In this document: piece by piece, positions 33,201 to 44,033 of the stretch | Numbering within the stretch: the first letter of the stretch is position 1 | Layout of the letters: every line of letters starts with the position of its first letter | Program-made: the position numbers and the translations under genes | Origin: Zancudomyces culisetae HAW-14-8 | Lineage: Eukaryota > Fungi > Kickxellomycota | Direction: 5' to 3' | DNA: 64,000 bases | NCBI GenBank assembly: GCA_052426225.1 | Contig: JBNJNM010000008.1 | Location: 124,001-188,000, forward strand | Notes under the pieces: model-generated | The model's database searches: none | Told to the model about the DNA's origin: nothing | Seen by the model: only the letters and a program-made list of their open reading frames with translations

Positions 33201-35230
33201 GTTACAGACCCAGTATTCGATACCGATCCGAGCATTGGGGTTGCCGATGCTGACGCCGATGCCGATGCCGATGCTGATGTTGATACTGTTGTCGGTGTTG
33301 ATGCCATCATCTTGTTAACCGTTGCCGATGTCAACCCCAAATAATTAATAAAATACCGATACCCACTGTTCTTCACAAGCTCTGCCTGGTTATCTTGTTC
33401 TGCCGCCATCAATCGCGCCCAAATTAAGATCAACACCTCTCTGATTTCAGTCGTAGCACTTGTCAGTAGCTTTACCATGAATGGCATTATTCCCACCGCA
33501 TAGGCATAATCCACCGCCCATGGCCCCAGGCACAAAAACTTGTACAACAACACTAGTGCCTTAACTCGATACATCTGCGACAACAACACCTGTAGCACCG
33601 CCGGAAGTTCAATCGGTGGTTCTAGCCCCGCAGGTGGTTCTAATGACAGTGATCGTATTTTGGTTTCATCTCCTCTGACACCTCCTGGAGTTGACCCTGC
33701 CTTCGCTCCAACTCCAACTCCAACTCTCCTCCCGTCAATTCCTTCTATTCTACTTGAGGCAGTTAAGTGTGTTGATACTACTGACTGTGCGTGATGCAGC
33801 CACAATTCAAACGCATTTAGTTGGTTTGAAAAATAAGCTGAGGATATATACACGCTACTCCAGTTCACAACACCCTTTTCCCTTTCTTCATCCTTATTCT
33901 TACTTCTATCACCATCTCCCCTCTTCTCCATTTCCTCTATCAAATGCGGGAACTGCTGTAAACAACTATCTACCTCCAAATCCCATGTTTCCCACTTTCG
34001 GCTCAAATGCGTCTGAGGAAGCTTTGGCCGGCTTACTGGATGGCATCCGTAATGTCTCATGATTTTGTCTGCCAACAAGTAATTTCTGCATAACCCCGCC
34101 ACCATAATATCCTGTCTGAATAACCGTCTAAATGTATCACGTGGTAACACACTCCACGCAATCGTATCTGTAATCGATGTAAATATCCAGTTCAATTCGC
34201 CATATGGGGATCGGCGTTCTTTGGCTGTTCCTGGAAGCCGCTTTCCCTGATCCACCAGTAGCTCCTTGATTTTCCCTCCCTTTTTCATTGCATAAAACTT
34301 GAGTGCCGTTTCTATCGGATTTATTAAACACATTGTAAATAAATCCATCGGAATGTTTTTGTTCATTGGCAGCTTCTCATCTATCCTTGTTGCACCCAAG
34401 TGGATGTCGTTTACCATCGAACTTCTCGCCAACTCCATAAGTTGTGCCCTCACACCACTGCTGTTTTCGTTTCCTTTATTCCGCTGCAGAATTATCTGCT
34501 GTTGTCGTGCTATCTCCTGCTCTCTCACCTTGCTTGCCTTTTCAAAACTCTTGATTATAGACTCCGAATTACTAACTTCCCACACATAAAACCCTGGTCC
34601 GTTTACCCAACTTGCCAACTCCTGACCAGAAACTGGAATGTACTGCGAGAATGACCGGTTAAACACCCATACATCCCCGCCTGCTGTTGGTTTGGGAACA
34701 CCGTGTCCATTGTAGTGTATCAGCATCCGTTCTTCTTTATATCCATTCCTCAGCGCCATTATAAGCTTTTTGTAATCCTCCACTGGTGGATCCAGTGCAA
34801 GTTTTAATTTGTTTGTCCTCGATATCTCCTGGTACATATCCAAGAGTCGAAGTCCTATTTTTTCTAACGATGTTCTATATCTCATTTCTACTGCTGAACG
34901 TCCGTTTTTGCTATCTTCCCCTTTAGCTGCTACATTGTCTTCAACTAGCTCCGGTTCCTCATTCGGATCTATCCCTGCCTCTAGCACACAAGCATCCTTG
35001 GGTTTTATTAGATCTGGTGGCTCTGTGCCAACATTTAAACATACTGTAATAACACCTATCCCTATCTTGTACTTTTCTTTTTGTTTCCACTCTCCGATTT
35101 GAAAATTAGCGAGCTCCATTGATCTGGGCCTTGTATAAATGTCCGATCTGGCCTCAAAAGTTACCTTTCTCTCCTTCTCTGTCCTGACTTCCCCTTCATG
35201 CTTGATTCCAATCTTGCCCATCCCGTTCAT
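30290..35230 (-). CDS. KOG1: TORC1 scaffold Raptor/Kog1
   Basis: VCLNVGTEPPD, HYNGHGVPKPT..GDVWVFN..FSQYIP, DLFTMCL..P, GELNWIFTSITDTIAW, LFRQD, LPAVLQVLLSQ..R..AL..L..FL.LGPWAV; HEAT and diverged WD40 regions. Confidence 0.96.
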   Translation of the reverse strand: MNGMGKIGIKHEGEVRTEKERKVTFEARSDIYTRPRSMELANFQIGEWKQKEKYKIGIGVITVCLNVGTEPPDLIKPKDACVLEAGIDPNEEPELVEDNVAAKGEDSKNGRSAVEMRYRTSLEKIGLRLLDMYQEISRTNKLKLALDPPVEDYKKLIMALRNGYKEERMLIHYNGHGVPKPTAGGDVWVFNRSFSQYIPVSGQELASWVNGPGFYVWEVSNSESIIKSFEKASKVREQEIARQQQIILQRNKGNENSSGVRAQLMELARSSMVNDIHLGATRIDEKLPMNKNIPMDLFTMCLINPIETALKFYAMKKGGKIKELLVDQGKRLPGTAKERRSPYGELNWIFTSITDTIAWSVLPRDTFRRLFRQDIMVAGLCRNYLLADKIMRHYGCHPVSRPKLPQTHLSRKWETWDLEVDSCLQQFPHLIEEMEKRGDGDRSKNKDEEREKGVVNWSSVYISSAYFSNQLNAFELWLHHAQSVVSTHLTASSRIEGIDGRRVGVGVGAKAGSTPGGVRGDETKIRSLSLEPPAGLEPPIELPAVLQVLLSQMYRVKALVLLYKFLCLGPWAVDYAYAVGIMPFMVKLLTSATTEIREVLILIWARLMAAEQDNQAELVKNSGYRYFINYLGLTSATVNKMMASTPTTVSTSASASASASASATPMLGSVSNTGSVTNTPTLPNSNSNTNTNASVNSNANANTVTSTARVVENQLKKLDYVSTAASFVLSIFCKGGNGNKESQYLAYADHVLVYFYGHLQREDNGSEELWQLKMWTMYAMAAMWKEYPQAQLTAMKYNPNDGEEKEKEKERMRSGDRRGENVRGSSMRQGIRQGEENNELQRERGRDTSSREYMQSSRQNISEDTSKSLVDLLVMMTMHQNTHVRASAIYTLGTLIEGVGAIEEAAGREIKHLVKEKVYLAIANGCLDINSMVRREALNVIGGVLVHDNIEELVAIVDRENSKGERMGRKQNDLLQMVYKSLIVMTNDDNVDIKLVAQQVLDSIMVLCGVYKTNQKEVVEKWTESIKKIIRHKYCVSYIVDWEGAKYCDFDLQVSSTNSAGTSSESSSGSTTNIRVSKNYNTIPMNSSRSRESINIGGDKESSANASTNTSDSTETDISGSASVGARDRNERENASPRLFGNIEKTKWKVLKYNINVPREISAMEFMITNSAGTNAKDMLIYNNTKLIGADTRNNLLVYDYNNTYGAESRVVKQFGEYRHSGDRIKYIKQIRPSKYLIVGKHGTANVINLLDNYDDHSTGSNRGAASGKNFSKHTTSSTDGSDQLKVLKRFQIYPANPITSTAYSSHDEVIMSENDGIGGGFSSDAITVNKVIMGFRGNNNIKIIDLNHEKVISCVNKPEFLNDQRLNCITSNCQTVSTTAGSSLSLSSSVAPYSSCFTPWLLATGDSFGMVRVYDTRIHTTNNCMVTSFNTNYDNEHEQGSNHRHSYGYGYGYGHGYGYGKCDGVVGIKILDSFNEILTCSGNGGQIKLFDIRNNGSKRPIFEFGSVESNPKHNANANANTYAHSNMHANSIGSKNFPDFSGMKWLSNPNGDVLVAWSRNVINIYNPKGTCLSSISTSTAAGASASAGIGSHNNSNNSDYLYDDGGVNSNGTSCNSGFGLVQCHPYLPLVSFTNSSSINFIVPNI

Positions 35231-35873
35231 TTCTATTTCATTTTATATATTGTTGTTTTTTCCAGATTTGTGTATGATGGATTAAGCACGATTTATTATA
35301 TTTTAATATTTATTTCTTCAGATTCTAAATTTCAGTTGTGCGTTTAGATTCGTTTCGTTTCTCTCCTGTAACCACAGTCCTTGGATTGTAAAAATAAACA
35401 AATCAGCAAAGTGAAAATTTTGAGTGCACTGACTTCTTTTTCTGTTTAATAAACAACTGAATATTGACAAAACTGCTTATTACGTATATTTTTTGGTTTA
35501 TACTTCGTAAAATCTGAAATATGTAACCGTTATTTGCTTTCCTTTAACGGATTTGAGTTTGGTTCTCCTATGATTTCATAACTGTTTTATTGGTGCTTAG
35601 AAGGCCAATCATCAAGACTAAAAATATCACCATAAAAAAAAATACCAGAAACGAAACATTAAGTGAATACTTGAAAGGAGTAAATTACATAAAATAAGTT
35701 CAGACAACTACCCCCCTTGCCCCATCGCTCAATCGCCGCCCAATTTGAATACCGCCCGCAAAATAAGCACCAGTTCAAGTTCAGCAGGTAAGTGGGAGTA
35801 GCCAGATGAGTGTATTTGTTGATGTGGTTACCAACCCTAAACTTTTTAAGTTAGAAGAAGGGTATGGGCACGA

Positions 35874-35901
35874 GGATGAGGATGAGGATGAGGATGAGGA
35901 T
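35874..35901 (+). repeat. (GAGGAT)n microsatellite
   Basis: About four consecutive GAGGAT units in the KOG1-PRS1 intergenic region. Confidence 0.8.
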
Positions 35902-36969
35902 AGGCTGGAATAAAGAAAAAGTGTACAATAACTCCACACCATCACGTTATTCTTTGCCACACACTCATTCGTGTTGCTTATCTTTTACATCACTGGTTCA
36001 GGCAACATTTAGAAACTCTGTAGAACATATAATGATAAATAATGGGATTGCTGAACAAGCATGGTTAACCATAACAAAGAAGATCAAATGCGAGATCCAC
36101 CATCTATATATTTCTGATAACATCAGATTTCATATATATGTACACTTTTCCAACCATCCTTCTTTTCAAACATCCTTCTTTCCAACCCCCCTCCCTTCCT
36201 GGAAATAATTCAGGAATACCTCAAACAACTCAAAAGCAGGAAATTGAAAGCACTTCGAAACAAAACAATCGCATTATCTTCTACAATGAATTTTTTAATG
36301 GTATGCTTAGGTACTTTCTATTTACATCGGCTTCTAACAATAACGACATGTCAAAGAGCGCAAACCTGGAAATACAACGCTTCAAAAAAATACAACTATT
36401 GGGGAACAAGATGATATGCACAAATTTATCCGATATCAGTACAATTTAGTCTATTCTTTTACCCAGATTTTGCACTTTGATAAATTTCCCATGAAAATAT
36501 GAACAACAAACCACAGCCGCCCAGTGTTCCCGCTAAAATATTAAACGTGTAATTGAGCGCAGTTGAAACCCTGTGGACCTATTAAAATGCGATAAAAAAA
36601 TTTTCATTTGAATTGCCCTCTCCAGCTACTGATACGCTATTTAAAAAAATATGGTGCGTACAGCAAATACCAATTCTGGCTAAATGTGTGTAAAAGCCCC
36701 ATTCAAGATCTGTCTTTTTTAATTCAAAAGTTTAGAGCAAAAAAAAGAAAAGAAAAAGCTATTTTGTAGATTAAGTCTGTAGGATAGGTAGATATCTCTC
36801 TTATTTTAGCTCTTTTACATAAAGCATACATTAAAAGTAAATACATATCTTTAAAAAATTTTATTATCTTTTATTGCCATAAAAAAGGGTTGTGGCAAAG
36901 ACATTTATTCGGAAACGACGAACAAAAAAAGTTTAAAGATCAGTCAAAGTGAGTAAAAAAGACAAAGAA

Positions 36970-38328
36970 ATGAGAAACGCCAAGATTTTCAGTGGGTCGT
37001 CTCATCCATTTTTGGCTCAAGCCATAGCTTCGGAACTTAACACTGCATTGTCGCCAGTTACAGTTAAGCGATTCCCCAACCAGGAAATCTCGGTCAGTTT
37101 TGGTTGCTCTGTCAGAGATCAATATGTATACATTATCCAAAGTGGATCTATAGGGATGAATGACAATATCATGGAATTGCTGATTATGATTAGAGCAGCG
37201 AGGATGAATTGCGCCAAAAAAATCACTGTGATTATGCCCTACTTCCCATACTCGAAACAGAGCAAGAAGAAGAAGCACAGAGGTGCGATTGTGGCAAAAT
37301 TAGTTGCTGATATGCTGTCAGTCGCAGGAATAGACCACGTTATTACCCTGGATCTTCATGCGTACCAGATATCGGGTTTCTTTACATGTCCGCTGGATAA
37401 CTTGTTTTCGAGACCCACAATTGCATCATGGATAATTAGCAATGTGCCAGATTATAAAAACGCAGTGGTGGTTTCCAAGAATGCAGGTGGAGCAAAGAGA
37501 GTCACATCTTTGGCAGACAGCTTGGGATTGGATTTCGCAATTATTTACGTGGATGCACAAAACGTCAAAAGATCAGTTTCAAGAGCGCCTTCGGTCAGTG
37601 GACTGTCAGAGTTACCATCACTCCTTAAACAAGTCAGTGGTGCAAATCTTGAAAAGTCATTCCGACACGCGGAGAATCTCGAGTCTCTAAATAAACATAG
37701 CGAATCGGGTCAAGGACAGTCTGAGAATGAAGCAGACAGTGATGATAGTGAAATGGATAAAGTTGCAGACGAAATTGGCGAGCTAGACCTTCGACCAATT
37801 GAGGAAATCATGAACGAGTCTGATGATGACATGGACGCTGAAGATGAAAGTGAAATAAACTCACAGGTTGATCAGGACTACTCGTCACCCCGGATGGGAA
37901 ACTCCACGGTTATGAATAAGGATGCCAATCACACACCATCCGAGACACCTATTGGACACAAGAAAAACAGCACACCACTTACTCTGATCGGTGATGTTAA
38001 AAACCGTCTGGTGTTTTTGATGGACGATCTCATTGACTCGACAAGATCATTCCTTAATGTTGCAGAGTACTTGGTAACCAAATGCGGTGCTAAAGAGATT
38101 TATATTCTCGCCTCCCATGGTCTGTTCAGCGAAATCTCGCTTACTGAAATCGAAATATGCCCTTATGTCCAAAGGGTTGTTTCTACAAATTCATACCCAA
38201 TTCCAAACCATGTTAAGGCTATCTCCACAAAGCTTGTTCATATTGATGTGAGCCATTTGCTAGCTGAAGCCATTAGAAGAAACCACAATGGTGAATCTGT
38301 TTCTATGTTGTTTGATAAAGTATTTTAA
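36970..38328 (+). CDS. PRS1: Ribose-phosphate pyrophosphokinase, Prs1 type with acidic non-homologous insertion
   Basis: MRNAKIFSGSSHP, PYFPYSKQSKKKKHRGAI, AVVVSKNAGGAKRVTSLADSL, LAEAIRRNHNGESVS; long insertion before LIGDV as in yeast Prs1. Confidence 0.92.
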   Translation: MRNAKIFSGSSHPFLAQAIASELNTALSPVTVKRFPNQEISVSFGCSVRDQYVYIIQSGSIGMNDNIMELLIMIRAARMNCAKKITVIMPYFPYSKQSKKKKHRGAIVAKLVADMLSVAGIDHVITLDLHAYQISGFFTCPLDNLFSRPTIASWIISNVPDYKNAVVVSKNAGGAKRVTSLADSLGLDFAIIYVDAQNVKRSVSRAPSVSGLSELPSLLKQVSGANLEKSFRHAENLESLNKHSESGQGQSENEADSDDSEMDKVADEIGELDLRPIEEIMNESDDDMDAEDESEINSQVDQDYSSPRMGNSTVMNKDANHTPSETPIGHKKNSTPLTLIGDVKNRLVFLMDDLIDSTRSFLNVAEYLVTKCGAKEIYILASHGLFSEISLTEIEICPYVQRVVSTNSYPIPNHVKAISTKLVHIDVSHLLAEAIRRNHNGESVSMLFDKVF

Positions 38329-38697
38329 CTTTTTTTTTTGTTTGTTTTCTATTACTTGTTTTTTTGATTCATTGTTTTTGTATTGATGGTCTATAGTGCT
38401 TAGCCTTTTGAAGGTATACCATGAAAAGAGGCATGGAATAAACGCTATAGATCTTTTGAGAATTACTTTTTTATTTTTTAATGACTACCAGCCCAGCGCA
38501 CAAATAATAGCTAGAGAATTTTTGATTTTTGCCAGGCATACAAGTCTCAAATGGCTTATTCAAAGTACACCAAGCTACTCGAAGCGGTGTATATTTCTAT
38601 ACAAAATGTCATATCCGACCATATACCAAAAGTATTGCAAAAATAAACAAAGGGGAAGAAGGTCGAAAGAAAAGAAACTAACATGGCCGTTCAAATT

Positions 38698-39003
38698 CTA
38701 GTCTTTAAATGTAGGAGTAAAGGTGGGTATGCGAGTGGGAAGCTTGGGTGGAATTAGTCCAGCTCTTGCCAACAATTTAGCCGCCGAATCGGTGGGTTGA
38801 GCGCCAACACCTAACCAATATTTTGTTCTTTCGAAATTCAGATTTGTATGTTTTGTGCTAGTTGAAAGATCGGGCCTGGGATCAAATGTTCCCAATATCT
38901 CTATCGGTTTTCCGGTCGGCTTTGATCGTCCATTAGCCACCACGATGTTGTATACTTGATTTCTCTTTGTTCCAAGCCTTAAAAATCTAATTTTCACCAC
39001 CAT
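38698..39003 (-). CDS. MRPS16: Mitochondrial ribosomal protein bS16m
   Basis: MVVKIRFLRLG..Y.IVVAN.R....GKPIEILGTFDP and ERTKYWLGVGAQPTD. Confidence 0.95.
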   Translation of the reverse strand: MVVKIRFLRLGTKRNQVYNIVVANGRSKPTGKPIEILGTFDPRPDLSTSTKHTNLNFERTKYWLGVGAQPTDSAAKLLARAGLIPPKLPTRIPTFTPTFKD

Positions 39004-39689
39004 TTTGTATCAAATCTATTTAAAAGATGATCTCTGTTAGTCTCGTAGAATTTAGCAAGTTGCAGGAATTTCTATAAAAAAAAGTACTTACTAAGCTATC
39101 GGTTGTATCCGTTACAGTTCTGTTTAAAGGATCCGAGAATTAAGATTGACTCCCTTCACTTTTGGATTAAAATTTATTACTAGCTTTGTAAAAAAAAATA
39201 GTAATATTAAATATAAATTATCGATTTGAGCTCTTTTTCAATTTTTTTTTCGCTATCTAAAACTATGCTGGTTAGATTAGAGGCGAACTAAATTTTTTGC
39301 GCAATATCTTGGTCATTTATCTAGCAGTTCTATGACAAATAGCTGGCAAAATTAGCTAGTAAACCACAGACAACCCACAACTAAAATTCCAACTAGCTTT
39401 TCTTTTTATCACACCAATTGATGTTGATTCGTAGTGCTCATTGGTGCTTTTTATCGTTACAATTGTTTCCTGTAGATAAAAGTATCAGGGAAAACACAAC
39501 ATTGCAGTACCATTGGCTGGGATATTTTGGCGTTATAAATTAATTTTTGAAAACACTAAATACAAGAACAGAATAGCTGCGGAGATAAATCGGTATAAAG
39601 AGCAAGTGTAAAGCCTTAATTTAGTTTAGACAACACATCAAAAAAACCAATAAGAGAAAATAAGGGATACATAGAAGAAACTTAAAAAC

Positions 39690-41649
39690 ATGTCTGACGA
39701 TGATGACTTTATGTACGAGGATGAGGAGTTTGATTTCGAATATGACGAAGGTGATGTAAATGACAGCGAGCTAGATTTTGAAAATCGATATTATTCTGCA
39801 AAGAGTAAGACTTGAGTTTTGTGTTTATATTTGAGAACTATTATTTTAATGAGAGTTGTATCTAATATTCAAGGAGATGGGATGGGGGGAAGGGGAGTAC
39901 AGGAGAGCATTATTCAATATTTGGATATTTGAATGTGGACCTAAATAAAAAATATAAACACTTCAATGAAATAGACTTGAGAGAAATTGATGCCGATGCT
40001 TCACTACTGAAATTTCGTGAAATAGTAAATTCAGAAACTGAGAAGGGAGAGTGGTATGACTTTTAATACTTTACATGCGTAAATTATTTCTGCAAATATA
40101 CTTTCAAAGTTCTTGTAATATTTCAACCTTGATTGTTGAAATCATGCAAATAGGGGGTTTAAATCACTAAAACAGATAATAAAGATACATCTTAAGAGAC
40201 AGGACGCAGTAATGGTGTGTAACTGATATATATCGATATAATGTATACCAAAATGGTAATCGCGGGAGGGGGGGATTTAGTGAAAAAGCATAAATATATC
40301 TTTTATATCAATTATTAGGCACTTGAAGCATACCAAGAACTATTAGGGTATATCGAAAAGGCCGTGACAAAAAATTATAGCGAGAAATCGATAAATAGCA
40401 TTTTGGAAAAGGTGACAAAAAGTATTGGCGGGAGTTCAAGCGAAGACTTTTATGAGAGGACGCTTACTGCTTTGAGAGAAACCAGAAATGAGGTTGAGTA
40501 TCGTGAACTCTTTGTATTCTAAAAAAAGAAAGAAATTATTCGAGCAAATGGCTTTGGTTTTTATTCTATTCTGGAAAAATAATAACAATGATATCGAATA
40601 TTGGATGTACTTTAAATAGAGTTTGTTGATAAGAACTAATCTAAAACTAGCTGGCTTAAAACTTGAAAAACAAGAGTATGAATCTGTTAAAAAGGTAAAA
40701 TAATGTCGTATCTGTTGCATAAAAAAGAAAATACTCGGTTTCTAGTTTGAAAATATTACAATGATAGATAATCAAAGAGCTATACGACCTGTGTACAAAT
40801 GATGACGAGAATGTCGACCCAAACAAGGAGACGTACCTTATCGAAACATATGCGCTGGAAATTCAGTTGTATTTGAGTACCAAACGATACAAGGAACTCG
40901 AGAAAGTATACAAAAAAAGCATCAGGGTCAAATCAGCTATTCCACACCCTAGAGTAATGGGCTTGGTTTATGAATGTGGTGGAAAGATGTATATGATTAA
41001 AAAGCAATGGCAGTCGGCCCAAACCAATTTTTATGAGGCATTTAAGAATTATGATGAAGCTGGGAGCGAGAAGCGTATCCAGATTTTAAAATATCTCATA
41101 CTATTGAGTGTAATGGTAGATCAGCAGCAGCAGCCAGAGAGTTCAGAAGTAGAATCGGACCAACGTGTTCAGAAAATTGATTTTCTCAACAGCCCAGAGA
41201 TCAAGCCACACGCGAACCATCCTCAAGTTTTGGAAATGATTAAGCTAGTCGAATCATTCAAGCTAAATGCTGCTCAAGGGACGAATAAAAACATTAGCTA
41301 TATGGGTGAGAATGGATCTCCAATTGGCAATGACCCGTTTATCAACGAAAACATATCAGAGGTGATAAACTCTATTAAATACCAAACCATCATCAATAAT
41401 ATAGTACCCATGTACTCAAAGATCGATCTTGTACGACTGGCGAATGAATTGGGAATGACTGTAGATCATGTGATTGAGATTTTGTGCAAGGGGATAGCCG
41501 AGAAAAAAATCAATGGGCTTGTTGATGAGCAGTCATTAATATATATCAGCACTCCAAAAAATGAAGATGAGGAAACTCTAGCAGCATTCAAAAAGTATGC
41601 AGATAATATTGCTCGGTTACACCAAACCTACATCTCTAAACTCCACTAA
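39690..41649 (+). CDS. CSN2: COP9 signalosome subunit 2 (about 6 exons)
   Basis: Exon 1 MSDDDDFMYEDEEFDFEY...ENRYYSAK; spliced EKGEW|GFKSLKQ, VTKNYSEKSINSIL, KGTYLIETYALEIQ, KSAIPHPRVMG..ECGGKM, FYEAFKNYDEAG; PCI tail. Confidence 0.93.
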
Positions 41650-42389
41650 AAGGGTCGGGGAAGAGGGAGAAAGGGGGAAGGAATGATTCACGTTGATTTA
41701 ATATTGTTTCTTGTGAGAAGAGGAAGAGAAAGAGGAAGCGGAAGAGAAAGCATAAGTGTATTTTTTTTGAAAAAAAAACACATAAATTTATTTTTAGTTT
41801 TTTCTTTACTGAAATATCTTTTGTTACCTATGTCTGGATAAGATAAAATCATTATAATATCTAAAAGCACGAAATCTTATTGTACTAGTAGCAGTATGAT
41901 ATAAATATTATGCGAGAGAGAGAAGAGAAGAAGGAAGGGGGGGGGGGAGATAAATATTAACATCCAAACCAGAGATAATAATTCATTGAATATGATGAGT
42001 TTAGGGTTAACCCAAATGCAAGAAATGTGATAACTTGATCTCTTAGAATTTTCTACCGATGGTAGTTCTATACAATTATTTGCCTCAACTTTGGCCGGCT
42101 ATCCGCAAATTAGCAACACTGAAACCGTTTACAGTACAAGCGTGCATGCTCACGATATTCAAACAAGTGCACACCTTTTACCTTGACCTTCAAAAAAAAA
42201 ATTCAATGGCAACACATATTTCCAGTGTCAAGACTCGAAGTTTGAAACCTAGTTCCAAACCTCACTTTTTACATGAACAAGTCTTGGTTCCTTTAGTCGC
42301 TGCTTTTTGAATTATTTCCTTAAAAAAAACTCGTTTGTTTTCTACGCATTACACACACACACATAAAAAAAGTGCAGGATTGCGTATTT

Positions 42390-43567
42390 CTACGCCATTT
42401 CGTCTATAATATTGGCCAACGATTTAGATGAATTGAGTTCTAATGGATATTGAATCGGGTATCTTTTTGACACAGTTGTGCCTGTGCGTTGACCTCGATT
42501 TTGGCTGGTTATAGCTGTTCTGATTTCTACGTCTTCTTCACTCACGTCTTCGCTGATCGTTAGCAGTTCGTCCCAATCAAACATCTTTGCGCTGTTAATA
42601 GGTGCAAATAGCTTGAATCCAAGTATATATGTCCGGCTTCCTTTGTTACCGCTGACTATATAAACATCGAATGTATAGTTGCTTGTTTCGATCGCTTCCT
42701 TGATAGCTTTGTTAAATAACTTTATGATTTTACTTTTAATTTCGTCATAGCTTTGCACTCGAACATTGCCCTGTTGCGATGGCATTTCCTCATCTACTTT
42801 TGAAATAGCTATTACTCTCTTATTTCTAACAAACACCCTAAATTCCTGACCCAGGTCAGTATTGATAAATCTGTTCAGTACAATTTCAAATTTATCACCA
42901 GCATTATTATCTGACAAGGCCAGCAAACCATACGGCTTCTCGATATCTCTACTAATCTTGTCAGAAGCCTTCAGTACCATCATTACTTGGTTCACGTTTT
43001 CACACTGTATGGATCCGTTTGTCGATATAATCCACCCAGCATCCGTAGGAAAGCTCCAGCCCATTCTTGGAATCACTTTTCCACCCAACTCCTCAATGGC
43101 TTGCTGGATTTCATTTTGTATTGGTTCACTCAGCTGAATTCCCTTTTTTTCTTCTTCCATATCCTCCTCATCCGCACTCCAATCGTCCTCTGAATCACTA
43201 AATCTCTCCAAATGTGCTTCATTGTATTGCGGATCATATGTATCGCTGATAAATATCCCCTCGCTGTTTATAAACTCTTCAAAATGCGTTTTATCAACTG
43301 AAATCACTTTTGTTTGTGGTAAATATGCCTCGAGCTTGCAGTGCCAGTTCGTGAACTTCAATGCCAAAACATCTTTTTCAGTTATGTCAGGAAACTATTT
43401 GAGGATAATTTCGAATTCAAGTTCAGTTCCATCTTTTAAAGCCAACGCTGTTTTTTTATTTTTACTCAATAAATTGGGGGGGGGGGGGGAAAGGCTATTG
43501 AAACAGATATTCAAAAAAGAGACATTATATCGACCTTCCAACTTACATTAGGGATTTCTGTGCTCAT
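42390..43567 (-). CDS. CDC123: Cdc123/D123 eIF2 assembly factor (exons 43567-43547 and 43394-42390)
   Basis: MSTEIPN|FPDITEKDVLALKFTNW; IQQAIEELGGKVIPRMGWSFPTDAGWI, LKASDKI, EFRVFV...IAIS, YTFDVYI, MFDWDEL. Confidence 0.88.
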
Positions 43568-44033
43568 TTCTCGTCAGAATGTGGTTTTTTGATTTTAGTG
43601 GTTTGGTATTATTGTATTGTGTGACTATTCAACCCAGGATCTATTTACTTTCTTTTTTGACTAGTTTGAAATACTCTTGAAATAAAATCTTTAACCCATG
43701 ATTCTTATGGTTAAATTACTGTTCTTGTTGATGGTGAGGAAAAAAAGTGATTAGTGAGACAGCAAATTCAAAACCAACCAATAGACAGCGAATAATCATT
43801 TATTTGTGTGGATTCAACCTATGCATAATGACGAAAAAAAAATTTTTTTCGTGAAGAAATTGTTTGAAATATTTTCGTTGCTAACTTTATTTGTTTATTT
43901 TATAAACAAATATTAAATATATACTTTTTTTTGTGAAGGAAAGCAAAATTTTGTATTTAACATTTTCCCAAAGTTTAGTGTAAAACCCTCCAAATCTTAA
44001 GGCTAAGCAAAATAAATAAAGGAGTATACAAAA

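Noticed and set aside
37560-37980. Long acidic insertion and altered PRPP-loop in the PRS gene
   Set aside because: An expected feature of the fungal Prs1 subfamily, not novel.
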